A DNA stretch of 64,000 nucleotides from Lingula anatina (Eukaryota; Animalia; Brachiopoda). Within the stretch, counting starts at the first letter, position 1. Each line of letters opens with the position of its first letter. Shown piece after piece: positions 49,900-64,000 of the stretch. Made by a program: the position numbers and the translations under genes. The stretch lies in the NCBI GenBank assembly GCA_051362555.1, contig CM120642.1, forward strand, positions 19,282,001-19,346,000. The letters are read 5' to 3'. Below the pieces are notes generated by a model. The model worked only from the letters and a program-made list of their open reading frames with translations. It had not been told where the DNA came from and did not search any database.

Positions 49900-52222
49900 T
49901 GATGTCATACTACTCCCTGGATTGACCACGAATCAGCTACGAATCAGTCACGAATGCCACGAATATTTGCTGAAGCATGGAGGGAGGGGAAATAGCACAA
50001 AATGTCAAGAATAGTCCAGAAATCACTTTTATTCGTACCAAATCCATGCATGCATTCGGCGTATGCTGATTCCTTATTGATTCGTAACGTTCGTGCAGTA
50101 TTCGTAATAGACTCTAAATCGTAGTGAATTCTTGACAATATTCGTGCGATTTCAGCCAAATCCCACGAATATTCGTAACACCATCGCACCTGTATCGTAA
50201 CTCAATTGTAGAGCGTATCGAATAAGGCCAGAAAATTTGCAAAATCTCACCAATCCTGAAATTGTCAATTCCTGGCAGTTCGTGGGATTTGTGGTCTGTG
50301 TGAAATAGGGGCATTGGTATTTGCTTAAAATGTCTGTTATGGTTAGGGATGTATAGTATGATGGTCAGTTATTTTCTTCAAAAAGTTTAATTCTATCTTA
50401 GTCTAATCGTTTTCATTCTCTTCTATTGGTTCAAAGTCTGCATTTTTATTAAGACTCAAAGATCTATCCCATAATAATCAAACAGTCAAACTGGCAAACC
50501 CTTGCAATTTATGTCAAATTACGGACGCCATGACATACGTGCTACACCTTTTGTTTTGATTGTTCGTGGTTTGGCTTTATTTCCTTTCAGACGTCTTTGT
50601 GTTTATCTGTAATTCGTTTTTCATCGTTTTTAGTGATAGTTAAATCTCTTTGGATCCTGTATAACAGGTGGTTTTGATCTAGTTAAATTCGAAATGTGTG
50701 CTTATGTGTGTGCGCACGTGTTTGCTCAAAATCTGCCATGAGCCATCATTGATTTAGACAAAACATGTCCTCTGAAACAGTGTTATTTCTATAATCTGCG
50801 TTTTTGGACCATGGTGTTTGAAAGGAGTACCAATAAAAATTTTATGTACCAAAGATGAACCCCTAAATTAAACTACAATGGATTATTCACCTCTTATATC
50901 AATCATAGTTAGACTGTTCTTTTATACATGGCTCGATGGAGTAGAATTTAATATGCAGAAATATCGATTTAAAATATAATTAGAAAAAGGACAGAAGTAC
51001 AAGAATTATTTGTGCCCCCTTTCCTCCACCACTTCCTGTGCTCAAGACTAACCAATTTGCAAAGTCAATTACCCCATTTCAGAATTTTAGAAGAAATATT
51101 GCTATTTGAATACATGCTTGTGGACTTCCTTGACAAGTTCATAATCAAACTACTCTCATTATTATTTAAAATTTTATTCTATTCCCTTAGACTGAAGTCA
51201 CTTTGTTCTCAAAATACATTTAGTAGTGTTCGTGGCAACATCTATGTGTATACATTTAGGTCTATCTACTGATAGATATGCGTGGCTTAAAACGCGCTTG
51301 ATTCTATACAAGTGTACATAGCATATTCAAGAACATTTCATTTCAACTTTTTATACAAAGAGAATCAGTATTACTTCTATAAGCTGCGTTTTTGGATAAT
51401 GGTGTTTGAGACAAGTACCAATGGAAGTTATGCGTGCCAGAGACGAAATCTTGAATTAAACTGTATGGGATTATTCTCCAGATATTCCAATCATAGTTAC
51501 ACCTTTTTTAACCAACCAGACTCGAAGGAATTAAAATCAATTTTAAGTGTGTGAAACTTACCATTCACAAGCCAATTAGCAAGGGGTAGGGAGTAGAAGG
51601 TTTATTAGCGCCCCCATTCCGCCCCCTTTCTTCCTCTCAAGAATGACAAAGTTGCAAAAAATAGTGGGGGTACATCAATATTCACTCTTTCCCCTATCAC
51701 CCTTAACCCATTGCGTCAACTTCAATGTCCACCCTGTTTTATTACCCCCTGTACCTAATAGAGTCATCTGAATAGCTAACCTTGCGGCAACAACTCACTA
51801 TCCCTTGTGGCAGCAATTTAACTATATAGCTAATAATAAATGTATGTTTGGTTTTGTACGAGTGTTCACTAAATTTATTTTATGTCATGTGTGTGTTTTA
51901 AAGGAGAGGAAAAAAGGAAGAAAATAGAAAAATGCTGGGGTATCGCATGGCCAAAATCTAGTCAGTTGTAGAGTACTTACCAGATTATGATTTGATTTTA
52001 ATACCCTCTCAACAAACTTTTTCTTTCTTTTAATGATATTGCAGCCTATTATTATTATTCAAATACCGAGAATGAAGTTTTTCCTGCATCTAATTATTCA
52101 ATAATGCAACTGTCTTTGCGCTGATTTAAAACAAAACACTTCGAAATATAAAATATCGGCGTTTACAATTCTCGTTGCAGTGTATGAGCATAGGCAAGTC
52201 AAAGCTTTAATCATCAATTTAA

Positions 52223-53798
52223 GGGGGCAATGTAGGTTAGAGATTTTCTCTTAAAGTAAAGGTCTTAGCTTTTCTATTCCTGTCATATTCATTTAATGTA
52301 TCTTCAAAACATCTAAGTATGCTTGAAACACAGCTCCAACTTCATCGTGTGACGTAATATTGGGATTTTGGGGACAAAAACACCATTTTTTAGCACCTGA
52401 TTTTCTCAGGCACCTGGACAGCTATAAACATGCTTTTAATGGTATTATAACACTTGAACAAACTACTACGAAAGGGTGTCAGGGATTTTTTTTAGAGACT
52501 TATTATTGATTTTATCTATTAAAACGTGAAATGACATCAAAATATTAAGGAATTTTCACTTTCAAAGTCAATAAATTGAAAAAGAGAACATCAATCAAAA
52601 ATTTTTAAAGGCACTTTTAGTGCATACTTTTCTTAATTAGCATGGTGATTTTGGTCTCCCTCAGGTGTACAGGTAGACGGTTATAGCTCGCTCCGATAAC
52701 GCTATCTCGTCAATCTTGAAAGCAAAGAAAACGAGCAAAAACCCTTTCAGGGAGGTTAATTGTCCAAAATAGCAAATTAAATTGTTGACAGCTTTAGCTG
52801 TTATCGTTCTGACGATCGCGAAGATGGATTCTCTATTGCCGGTTGAAATTAACTTATTTGCATGCGTTTAGATGTCAGAAAATCTTATTTTGTATCAATC
52901 TCTCCTCCTGTTAGTAACTTCAAGGGGTCGCCGCTAGCAATGCCAGAATGATTGACAGGCAATCAAGTAAGCTCTAACTACTCAACCAATCACGTCAATT
53001 GACGTCGGGGCAAGTGTTAAGGATGCGCTCTAGGATGTGCACACAATAGCACCATCGCAGGCGGTCTTGTCCACATTCGCCGAGCAAATAATAGTTCGAA
53101 AAGATGGTCGTGTTACAGGACGCCGATCGGACGATCAACAACAAGAAATAAATGCAACCAGAAAGGCTTTGTTAGAGGAAATGTCTAAAGGTGCGTGAGT
53201 CAGGAAAAATTCTGCGATAATTGTTGAAAAAAAGCACCATGTCGGCCTTGAAAATGCGTACATGCATCCAGAACTGTACCTCGCGGTATACCAGCATTTA
53301 CGCTCAAAATGCTAGGATTTGTTCTCCAGCTCATATCTTATTCCTTAACAAGAAAATCGTAAGAGCGCGTGTAACAACAAGAAGTTCAAGGGAGAACGCG
53401 TATAAATCCAATGTGTCGGAAAAGATCCGTCTTAGCGCTGATCACAATCAAGACCGACTATCAAAACAGCTTAAGCGGAACAATAGGCAATGCTTTGCCG
53501 ATCGCTGTTTATGACAAAGGGGGTACGGCGCATCCCTGTTCTATTGTTTCTCTAGTCGTGCTGATGCTGCTAAGGTCCGCCCAACGAGTGTACTCATACC
53601 AACGGCCCTTGACAACGAAGGCGGGGCATAGACCAGGCCACCGGTGCCTATGTGTGCAGCATCAGAATCCTCATAAAACATTTTTTGTTCAAAATGTAAA
53701 CATCTTATTCTGTTAAAAGTTAGATACACATTAACCAATAATTAGACATAAAAAACCCAAAATGACGATTTTTAGCCATATTTGGGTACATTGCCCCC
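52223..53798. mobile_element. Same non-autonomous TIR element (unit B copy)
   Basis: GGGGGCAATGTA...TACATTGCCCCC flanked by TAA on both sides. Confidence 0.72.
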
Positions 53799-56700
53799 TA
53801 AACACTTTTCTATTTTGAGGTGAGATAGCAATCGGAATGGGGCGTAATTCCATCCCTGAGTAAGATTTAATCACGAAAATTGGCGGAATTGACCACGAAT
53901 TTATAGGCTAAAATCCCGTGCCGTTATTATGGTTTAAATGTTTTTGTTATAGAATTACATGTATGAGCCCCAATTTCCCGGTAACGATAAAATCTGAATT
54001 GATGATTTTAAGAAAAAAATGCTGCCAGGGTTTTGGAGAAAATTAAATAGGCTGAAGTTAAATCGGTTAAAACGGTGATCGTTGTTGCTCACGTAAAGGA
54101 CAAATTTGAGAAACCAATTTTTCATTTTTTCCCCAAAATTACAATTAAGGTGACACGTGTAAAAGTTAATTAATTTCGTCTCTGAAGACTTATCTATTAC
54201 CCGAAAGAATGTTTGTAGGGCAGTAAAAAAGGAGTTCGGGGCGAAGGGTGACAATATCAAAGGCGATGTCAAAGCCACCCATGCATCATTTGCTGCAGTC
54301 TGGGCAAAACTTACTTTTTTTAAATATAACTCTTCTTATCCCATAACCAGATAGTCCTCTAATAATGAAGACTTAGGCAGCGTGACTATGGTTTTTAGCT
54401 TCATTTCAGTGAAAAGCGTTTCGTTACACCTTTTATTTTGTATCTAGATGACCCTCTAGGAGTCAAAACTTAGTGTGACTCTGAGTTTTCTTAGTCACAT
54501 ATCTGTGAAAGCTGTTGAAACACGATTACGCAACATACTAATTATTGATGGTGAGTTATCAAAGAACAACTGAAGTGATGTTTAGGATGTAACGTAGTTA
54601 GAAATGGATAATTTTATGACAATGTTGTATGGATAGACAGTAACATTAACATTAAAAAACGGATCAAATGCGAGAAATAGTTCGTATTGCATACCTTTAT
54701 CGGTGCCTTTTGTATCATTAAGGGAATAATTTTGCTAAGTATTGCATGGAGGCAAGAGAGAGTGAAAAATTCCTTAATTTGATTTTAGATGTATCATATT
54801 GCGTTACATTATGCTTTAGGTGGAACCTTGCACTTCTCGTTTTAGTGAACTCTTGTACATGATTTGTAACGATACTTACGAAACACACAAACACACACAC
54901 ACATATATATTTCGCCCTTGTTTTATTTAGTTTCTTAACAAAATAATTAACGGACTTCGGTTACACTGATTGTTTTCTCAATTTTTAATTTTCTCGAGTT
55001 TCGTGAAAATAAAATATATAATGAAAGAAAGTGACACTTTGCATGGTAATTGTTGTTTTGACTTATCAGAACATTATGATAATAATATTGTATATTTTGT
55101 GAAGATATAAGGTGTTGGTAGGAAGGAAAAAAAGGAGCGACATGGGATGGGGGAGAAAGGGGGTAATGGAAAAAAGAGTAATATATCAATGATTAATTTA
55201 ACTATACGTTTGGTTCAAAAAGGTCCCCTGGCCGCTGACGTGCTTGGAAAAGGAAGAGACCGAATTCCCGGCTCCAGCACAAATTTCGTCTTACAATAGA
55301 TTTTTTTTAAATATACCAGAGGTGCATCGAATATATACGATTGTACTTTATTAACTTTAACTGTAAGAAAAACTCTATCCTAAGTGAATTACATTTCACC
55401 TTACATTCACTAGACTGGCCATAGCCTCCAGATCAACACAGTTTCAACTCCATGGCTTCTGTAATATCCATGTGACCCTCAGTTGAAAACACATAATCAC
55501 TTTTAAGTATTCACGGTGATAATAATATGTTCTTCTTAATCTGAAAGAATTACTCTCAAGATTACCATGGTCATAAAAGAGAGTACAAGATTCACATTTT
55601 GGTCTGACAACAAATTTACTCCACTGAAGACTTTTTCTTCTTGTTACCATTCTGTCTGTCATTCAACTATACTGTTTCAAACTAATGTAACGCCAATACA
55701 ATCATCCAGTACAATTAACAAAAACAACAGAACAAATAATAATAATAATAATAATGCCACAAAAAATACGAGAGTAAATTATACTCAACCTCTACCAAAC
55801 ATTCATTTATTTGAAATTAAAGGAATATGAGTTAGTGATGTTTCTTAATTTAACATTTTAGGCGTTTTGTTTACTAACCTCAATGTTAATAATTCCATTG
55901 GAGCATATAGAAAAAACGACCGCTGTCATAAGGACTGACCCGTCACTTTAAGCGAAAATCAACCCTTATATATTTTGTTATAGGCAAAAAACAAGTGATA
56001 ATTGGTAAATACGAGAAAATTGTTCATTTACCCGGGAAAATCCACTCGGTGTGGGGTGTACCCTTAACTTTCTGTAGGATTAGGAGCAATTTAGTTGTTT
56101 CTCTAAATTTTCTAAAGATAGCTTTGCATTATCCTATGTAATGGTTTTGTGAAGTGACAGGATTTGATTTTACCAGGGCAATGGCACCAAATAATTAAAC
56201 AAGGGAATACCTGTAAAATTCAAAGTGCCCTTGACCAAATGGGATCTTTTATATTGCACTGCTCCTTGATTTACCTAGGGTAACACACAGGGCAATTGTA
56301 TTCCACAACAGAGCAAATTATAATTTGATGCACCTGCACATGACCTGATGAGGTCAGATTGACACGTTTAAGTTGGCGTAGATAAACCACTTGTGTGCAT
56401 GAATTTTATAGATGTATTCAACGCGTTCAGAACAATTAAGGTTGTTAGTAATAAAAACAGAACGGTTAGTAATGAAAACACCACAATAGGTACGCGTCAG
56501 AAAAAAATATTTGAAGGGTTAAATAATTTAATGGCGTATGTGAAGTTTCATAATAAGCTGTGGATGGCATTGGCAAAAATAAGCAATTTGGGTATTTTCT
56601 AACCCATGGAATGTTGCATAACACCCAACACTTACTTTTTTCTTAAAATAGCTTTAAGGGGCTTTTGCTTATCTTAATCTTATTGCATACATCTTTTCTT

Positions 56701-56968
56701 TTTCAATTTTTATTTACACATGTTTGTATAACTTCTGTCTTCTGGTGGATCTTTCTCTTAATATATATTATCTATATTAAGTTATTAAAAACCTACATTT
56801 TTACTCATTTTCACGTTAGGTGTATTTCAAAAATTTGGATTACTCTGGTATCAGAAATGCACACACCCTATAATTTGCATGTACACAAGCATTTTATCGG
56901 CAACCATAGATCATCATGTCATAGATACAATTAAACATTTATAACGTTAACTTTACTGCATTTCACAT

Positions 56969-57906
56969 CTATGTAGCTAGTGAGACCAATACAAAAAACA
57001 TCAGTGAAGACATCAACAGTCCGCATACCCCCAGAGACAAAAGATGCCCACTGCTGGATGGTGTACGGTCGGTTACTCCAGGGAACAGCAATCCTGTCGG
57101 TGTCTTTCGATTAGACTTGCGGTCAGTGTGCACAGGGCAAGGTGAGATCTTCGCGCGATCAAGTACCTCTATCAGAAAATCTATACCATTGTAAGTGTAA
57201 GTCGGCATTCTCTCGGCAAATTTATCTTGCATTACTGACAAAAAAGGCAATCCATCTCTGTACGTTTTTACTGTTCCCCGTAACAACAATCCAAAGTCTC
57301 CTACAACAGGACCGTATTCTCTTGCTTCAGGCTGATCACGGTTCGAGCTGTTCACTGCGCGACAGCTGTGATATATCCTTCTCCTTACCTCCCAGACGTC
57401 CCGAAATTCATTGTCCATGTGTATCTCTCCAAATGATAGACGTTTGCCAAAATCTTTGCAGGCTCTAATGGTCTCATTCATGTTAACTTTTAAGTTTTTG
57501 GGTGTCTTAAAAAGCAAGGTGAGTGTGTATGCCGCCTTGAACATGTGGGTGAATAGTGACGGGCACGGGTCCGACTCTTCCTCGCCTGGGCAGCGTTCCT
57601 GGATTAAAAAAGAAGCCAATTACTTCCTTTACCACCAAGATCAGACAATGATTAACAATGTATAAACGCTTTTGGTATTTATTAATCGGCTAAGAAATTT
57701 AAGATTTAAGATATTAATTTTTTTCACCAATATCAGAGAAACCGCACAAAGCGTTTGCATAGTTTTTCCTCAGTTTCAGAAAGGTGCTATTTTGTATCAG
57801 TCAAACTTATTGGTAAATGTTAACGACGTTGATGCAACCCGAGAAAAGATATCTTTCTGTTCCCTATTTGAGAGACCAAGAAATTTCCCCTGTACCACAA
57901 ATGTCT

Positions 57907-57949
<43 letters not shown>

Positions 57950-60006
57950 AGTCTTGCGACCGGCCATATTATGAAGAACTCATTTTTTTTCACATTCGAT
58001 GCTGTTTTTACATGATCTAAATCGCCTTCGCTGTTTGACCAAAAAAAAAAAAAAAAAAAAAAACTACCGTGAAATTAAGTTGCTATGCAAAAGCTAGATA
58101 AATTCTGTTTTCCGATTTAAGGATATTTGCTGTTTGTTAAACAATTTCGTAAATTTGTCTTGGCTAATCAAGTAGTCTGTACTAACAATAGTCTCTCCTT
58201 ACCATAATAGTATGAACCTTGTTTGCCGTACAGGAATCTGGTATTACGGGTGCAAATGTATCCACCAAGGCGCGAAATCCAAAGGGGCTGAAATTTCTAA
58301 GCCCTTCCTCTGGAATAGCATACATAAAAGTCAATGTCAATTTCGGGTAATCATTTTCATCAAACGAAAATTAAGGTATACGTATATTATATGATATTAA
58401 GCTGTTTTCATTCCCAGTATATCTTAACTGTTAGAAGGATATGAAATATATTTGCGAGTAAAAACCAGGCAGAGTGCTCCGTTAAACCGTGTCATCCTAA
58501 AAATAATATTCAAGGCCCCACCGTGCTCAGTGATTGCTTTTATATGATCTTATTTAAAATAATATTATCATTATTAATGTTATTATTATTTACAGGCTCT
58601 TGGCGTAATCCAACCATGGGGTCCATTGCATGTTATTATTTTTACGTAGACAATCGCCATTTTTGTCAACATAAGAAAAGCTTAGAAAATGAGCGTTCAG
58701 GTATGCGTAAAGGTAAATTAATGTCATGGGGTTAACTTAACTTAGCCAAACATGTTTCCAAACGTGCGATGATATCGATATGCGCGTGCGGCCGACAAAT
58801 ACAGTGCCCCCCCCCCCCCCAACCTGGGAGGACCACCCTTTGGGCCAATGTAAATGCAATAACGACATATATTGATTAGATAATTAGATAGTAAAGCCGC
58901 TTATATTCGAGATTCTAATTACCATTATCCTGTGCGATCTCCTCTGGGCACTGAAGAATTGTTGGTTTCTTCGTATATTGGCAAATCCAACAGAAGTGAT
59001 TTTTGTAATAATGTATCTGCGTTGACCGAAAAAAATACACCACCTCTTGCGTGATAGGCAAACTGTGACCCCTTTCGCAAAGGTTCCGATAAGGGTTTCC
59101 CTCCTGACAATATCTTCCGCTTCGATGCCATTTATACCCTCTAACATGAGTGCCATCCTTGATGCACGGCCTACCGACGATACCTTTCGGTTCTTCAAAA
59201 TACAGCTGGCAATCGTGAGAGTCATGGACAAGATGGAAAATGTCAGATGTGTTTCTGCTGTCTGCAAAGAAGTCACTAGAACTCTCAGGACAAATGACGA
59301 ACGCTGGCCATGTTCTGTATGACGTCACACCATGACAAAAAGCACAGAATGAGTTCCGAAAGGTAAGTCCGGTAAGGGAATCTGAAACCGGTAAAACAGT
59401 CATTCCGTCTTCGTCTGTGGCGTTCGGTCTTTCACAGGCCGAGCGAATCATCACGTCCGACCAACCATTTGGACATGCGGAAACCATCCAGAAATGCCTG
59501 CGTTTTTGTCCCCAAGGACTAGCCGTGTCTTTTGTCATCTGCGATACACATGTGACGTCATCAGGGCCTATGGTAATTGTATTCGCTGACGTTGATGAAA
59601 TTTTGGAATGCGAATCACCTGTGTGGCTGCAGGTAATGTTAACGGCGGAACAACAGTCACTAAAGATGTTGCAATATTCATCACAGTAGCATGCTATATT
59701 AACAACAGAGTCTAGAGTGTTCCCATCGTAGATACAGAACTTTTCACCTGCAGTCACTTGACTCCAATAATTCGGTGCCATGGCAGTCACATTTTCGAGG
59801 GGAACGGTGCTAGTTTCAGGAGTTTGGTTGGAGGCCGTGAAAATATCGCCCAAATTGTCTTCACGTGTAAAAATAGCTCTGGTAGTTGTCGGTGGTGCTG
59901 GGTCACTGCACGGATTGTCGAAACACCTACTGCCTTCACGCAGGCAAATCACAGAGGTCAGGAAAAGTGAGTGCAACACTATTGCTTTTGCGGCCCCTTG
60001 TAACAT
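56969..60006 (-). CDS. Cys-rich cell-surface protein, copy 3; join(60006..58923, 58309..58203, 57598..56969), 606 aa
   Basis: Open in all three exons, with the same exon lengths as copy 1 (1084/107/630). It starts MLQGAAKAIVLHSLFLTSVIC, contains CYCDEYCNIFSDCC, and ends with the hydrophobic tail SSSGHLLSLGVCGLLMSSLMFFVLVSLAT*. Confidence 0.85.
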
Positions 60007-61179
60007 TGTGTACTTGCTTATAGCGCTGACCTTTATTGAGAAAAAAAAATACACTGCAATATGAAATACATTAGTAAAATATTTATACAGGGGTAGTTTT
60101 TAATTACGTATAGCCAGGGGATTATACAATTCCCTGGTATAGCTGACGTGAAGTACTCCTTAATATAACTCACTTCCATTAATCCATTTCACGACTGGGC
60201 TTATTTATACCTGAGTTAGCTGACACTGTGAGTGAGTATTTTAGAATGTATTTCTTAAAATGGAGATAGAACAATTCAACTAGTTTACTTTAAACACCAA
60301 ACATCTAAAACATATATCATTGTTACTTTAAAACATCTTTTTAAAACATTTTGATTAAGACCGTTACTGTATTTTCCGAAAGTAATGAGCAGTAGAACAT
60401 CAGGAACTTGATGGTTTACTCAGTATGGTTTATTTCATCTACCCATTTCTTGTCGGCTATTTTGTATGCGCGTACCGATAGTCTGAAGGTTCTTAAATTC
60501 GCCCAATTTGAAAATAGCCGCTAGATACAGCTCAAACAGCGGAAGGCGCTTGAGGTCCAATGATGTGTAAATTTCATTAATGCAACGTGCTGGCGACGTT
60601 TCTAGGATCAGTGATTATAATTATAATATTTTCAAACACATATGTACACTTATTATCTGCAGGTTCCTATGGCCCTTTTTGCACTTATTTTATGCTATTA
60701 TACAAATCTGGCAGGTAATACGTTTGTAACGACGGACATGTTGAGGAAATCCATGGGAATTGATAATTTTCAACTACGCATGTGCCACATACAGGGTATA
60801 TTGCCCATTATAAAATAAGTTTTGATTAAATAATGATTTTCCCCACTTTTATTACTATTATTATTACCTATCTTATGTGGACCAAGTTTGTGTCCTTGGA
60901 TATTTGGATAAAATCCAAGATTATCGCCATTCGACAGAGTAATACTGGTTTCAACTACTGCCAAAAGATAGTGTCAATCATGAAATTAAGTAAAGGTTAG
61001 TTTATTTTGCAATGCTTTCCACACCTATATCATCCATTTTATTTATATTTGATGTGTAACAAGTGTGTATCCTTGAGTATTATGCGAAAATGAAAGATCA
61101 CTCTCATTAGCGATAGGAATAGTTGTAAATTAGATTTCAGCTGCTACCAGAGAAACATAGAATCGGGTGAAGAAATGTT

Positions 61180-62045
61180 TTCACACAGTTAGATTATGGC
61201 CAACCTGGGCTGTAAGTGCCAGATTCCTTGCTTTAGATAAACAAGGTGTAAGTGCTAGATTCCTTGTTTTAGATATACAAGGTGTGAGTAGTTTTCATGA
61301 CTTGCGTGAGTAGCGCGCCTGTTTTGAATGTAACCGTGTCACAACGCTACAGGATTTTGCAAAAGTAGGGTCTCTCCTGCATTTTACCGTTATTTCCAAC
61401 GTTGTATGGTGTATTGTTACAGTTCTACGGAGAAATCATAATGTAAGTCTTTGTCTTATCAAAATATATTTGATCATTGTATTTATTAGTTCTCTGTATA
61501 AATAATAAAGGTAAAATATTGGTATATTAGCTAGAGCACCTGGTAGTGTGTGGCCATTAGTATGAAATACAGTAAATGTAAAATACGAGAACGCATTGGT
61601 ATAAATGTAAGCCTTGCTGTAATTCAGTATTTAATGTTTTAATTAAATTATATTAGGGTAATTGCACTGTAAATTAAATTTCATATTATTTGTGCTCATT
61701 GAATAGATATAACATATTCAAGTCTCGCTATATAAAGCCGACTTAATGTAATGTTCAAAATATCTAGTATTATACAGTTATATATTTGATGTATGTAATT
61801 TAAATGTCCAGATGTACATGTATAAGTATTTATATGGTTTCCTTTATTTATTTTATTTATTCATTTTATTTATTTATTGTTTTCTTTCCTAGATTATGTA
61901 CCTTGCTGACTTGCTGATATGTTGACTTGCTCATTTGCTGTACCGACGTACCTGTAAGAGATGTGAACGGCAAAATGTTAACTGAACTGAACGTTGAAAT
62001 AAAGCATGAGTTACATATATTCTGCACTGTCTCAACGATTTCACA
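61180..62045 (+). mobile_element. Possible solo LTR or LTR fragment upstream of copy 3
   Basis: Not present in the paralogous flanks (~11810-11880). AATAAA at ~61998 and terminal TTCACA, with a short internal duplication (GGTGTAAGTGCTAGATTCCTTG). The left boundary and TSD are unresolved. Confidence 0.35.
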
Positions 62046-64000
62046 TGGGCGAAGGCCTTCATCAGACTGATGTGAGTAGATGCTGACACTCAGTGACTGC
62101 TAGGTGGTATAGCGGCCGGGACCCTCTTACAAATGTCAGGTAGATCGACCCCCGTCCCTATTCAAGGGTGGCTGGTGACGGCTGAAGTTGATGTTGATGT
62201 TGCAAAAGAATTGTTAACATTTTATTTATATGAGCTAAACATACTAGAGACTTGACATTTTATATGAAATATTTCGGTTCCAAAGGTATGCCTAGATAAA
62301 AATGCATTCTTTTTTTGCAGATCTCTTATCAGATATGCGAATGGAGAAGTGTGTAGTCATTGTGTCTGTTGCATTGTGTAATATGCAGTAATTTAATTGG
62401 GTAGTGACCTTGGGCTGTCAAAAAAGTATCTATATGTCAACAACTACTGCCTAGCAGAATTTGAAATTTTGCACCTTAGCGGTCGATTTTACAGTGCGTA
62501 AAATGAGTTAAGAAGTGTTTTACAAAATAAATATGTGGCGCGAAAAAGACAGACATTGCCAGACAGATTATTTTGCCAAACGGGTCGGTCAGCACAGTTT
62601 TACAGAGTTATGCCCAGACTCTTGTATCTCGCAAGGAAGTGATCAATAATGGCTTTTGTCCAGCGACTGTAACATGCACAGAGATGCCATGGCTATGATT
62701 GGTTGCTGAAATATTAAATCGAGGCACACTTCAGTTTAAACTCTAACTGCTGACCTTTTACTGGTAGAGGTTCTTTTACAAGATGTACTTGTAAATCATA
62801 TATATATATGATTATGCATGCTTTTGTGTAAGTACAAGAGGAGAACAGCCATCGGCACTATTAAACTAACTACAACTGCAAAAAAGAGTTGAATGAAAGA
62901 TGGAAGTCTAGATAGTGCAATTTGAAGATCCTCTGAAGGCCCTTCCCTGCAAAAGTGACACAAAAGTGGTAAGTACTTCATCTAACTTGAAACAACTTTC
63001 ATCCTCGGATGCACATAACGATAAAATATATTTACTTATTATTCATAATTGTAGATAAAACCGGACAACGATTTAAATGGGTTTATCACTTAATTTGTAG
63101 CCCAAACCGCCGTGAACAACATGGCGACTGCATCGCAAGACTTTTTGAGTCAAATATTAAACGTTTAATCAGCTGAAATACCGTAACATTTTATGATGGC
63201 AGTATAACGTCCACTCAAACTTCTGTTCTTATAGCTAGCAGGTTTTTAAATGAACGTTATAGATAATTAAAATATTTATAATTGTAATCTTTTTTTTTTT
63301 TTCAGTGAACGGTGGAGAGGTTGGGGTCTTGCTGGCAATCACTGAAGGGAGAAGGAAATTAAAGTAAGTATAAACACCTAACTTAAGCTTAAATACAAGT
63401 TAAAAATCCCTGGCACGAATTTGTATTTCATTTAATTTATTTTTGACTCACCAGTCATTGTTCACTTGAACCCATTCCCAGGCAAACTTTAAATTTATAT
63501 TTTCATGATTAAACAAGATAACTGTCTCGAGCAGAGATTCTTGCAGGTTATGGAAGTATGTTGATAAACATTACAAATACAATGGTGAAGTTTACAATTT
63601 ATGAAAAGGACACAAAGTAACAAAATGTCTGTTTTATCAAATGTGTTAATCTTTTGTGTCTCGATTAAATATGTTGATTTTAAATAATACCCCCTTTAAA
63701 TGTTTTAATAAAACATTTAGACAATACGGGCTGCAGAAATTTATCCACAACTGCTATTTGTAAACAGGTTATAGTATTATCATGAATCCCCTTAAAAATG
63801 TCAGTGTTAATTAAGACGCTTTTAAATATTTTGGGTACTATTAGAGATTAAGACTTTCCATCAAGTGCACTGGAACTGTGATATTGATTGTTTTATTTGA
63901 TTTATTAGGAGTCCAGTTGAAACCTCAGACTAGGACGTATGGATACTATATTCGTGAGGGGAGCACGACAGGTGTATTTTAGCTACGTTATCTAGCCAGC

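Larger units (their letters stand above)
9100..59420. repeat. Large direct tandem duplication: unit A ~9100-31650, unit B ~31650-59420
   Basis: Near-identical collinear sequence, e.g. spurious ORF pairs 12086/36127, 13178/37258, 23137/51012, 25348/53221 and 27743/55567. Offsets are 22550 (9121 vs 31671) and 27770 (31651 vs 59421). The ~5.2-kb length difference is accounted for by unit-specific insertions and deletions. Confidence 0.95.

Noticed and set aside
61329-62015. TGTAAC...GTTACA as exact solo-LTR boundaries
   Set aside because: No TSD (TTGAA vs TATAT), and the non-paralogous sequence extends beyond both ends.

Overview
AT-rich, intron-containing genomic DNA that reads as an invertebrate animal locus; the species cannot be named from sequence alone. 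Most listed ORFs are spurious. The window holds a minus-strand tandem family of three copies of one spliced gene with 3 coding exons, 606 aa in the intact copies. I assembled it by hand, including a 107-nt middle exon absent from the ORF track. The protein has a signal peptide, a Thr/Ser-rich stretch, a somatomedin-B-like CxCDxxCxxxxDCC motif, two 'C...[YF][RK]NxFCxxC' Cys-rich repeats like those in invertebrate Methuselah-like/adhesion-type GPCR ectodomains, and a GPI-type hydrophobic tail instead of a 7TM. Copies 1 (6.4-9.7 kb) and 3 (57-60 kb) are intact. Copy 2 (29.2-32.2 kb) is a copy1/copy3 chimera with an in-frame nonsense codon, sitting at the junction of a ~22.5/27.8-kb tandem duplication (unequal crossover, or two haplotypes assembled in tandem). 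The two duplicated units differ by several insertions whose empty sites are visible in the other unit. These include a very young, pol-deleted Ty3/Gypsy element with intact gag and an env-like remnant, a Tc1-derived fold-back element and a 1.8-kb hairpin-bearing element. The rest is Helentron-associated-like elements, Harbinger-like MITEs, a degenerate ~1-kb repeated module and microsatellites.
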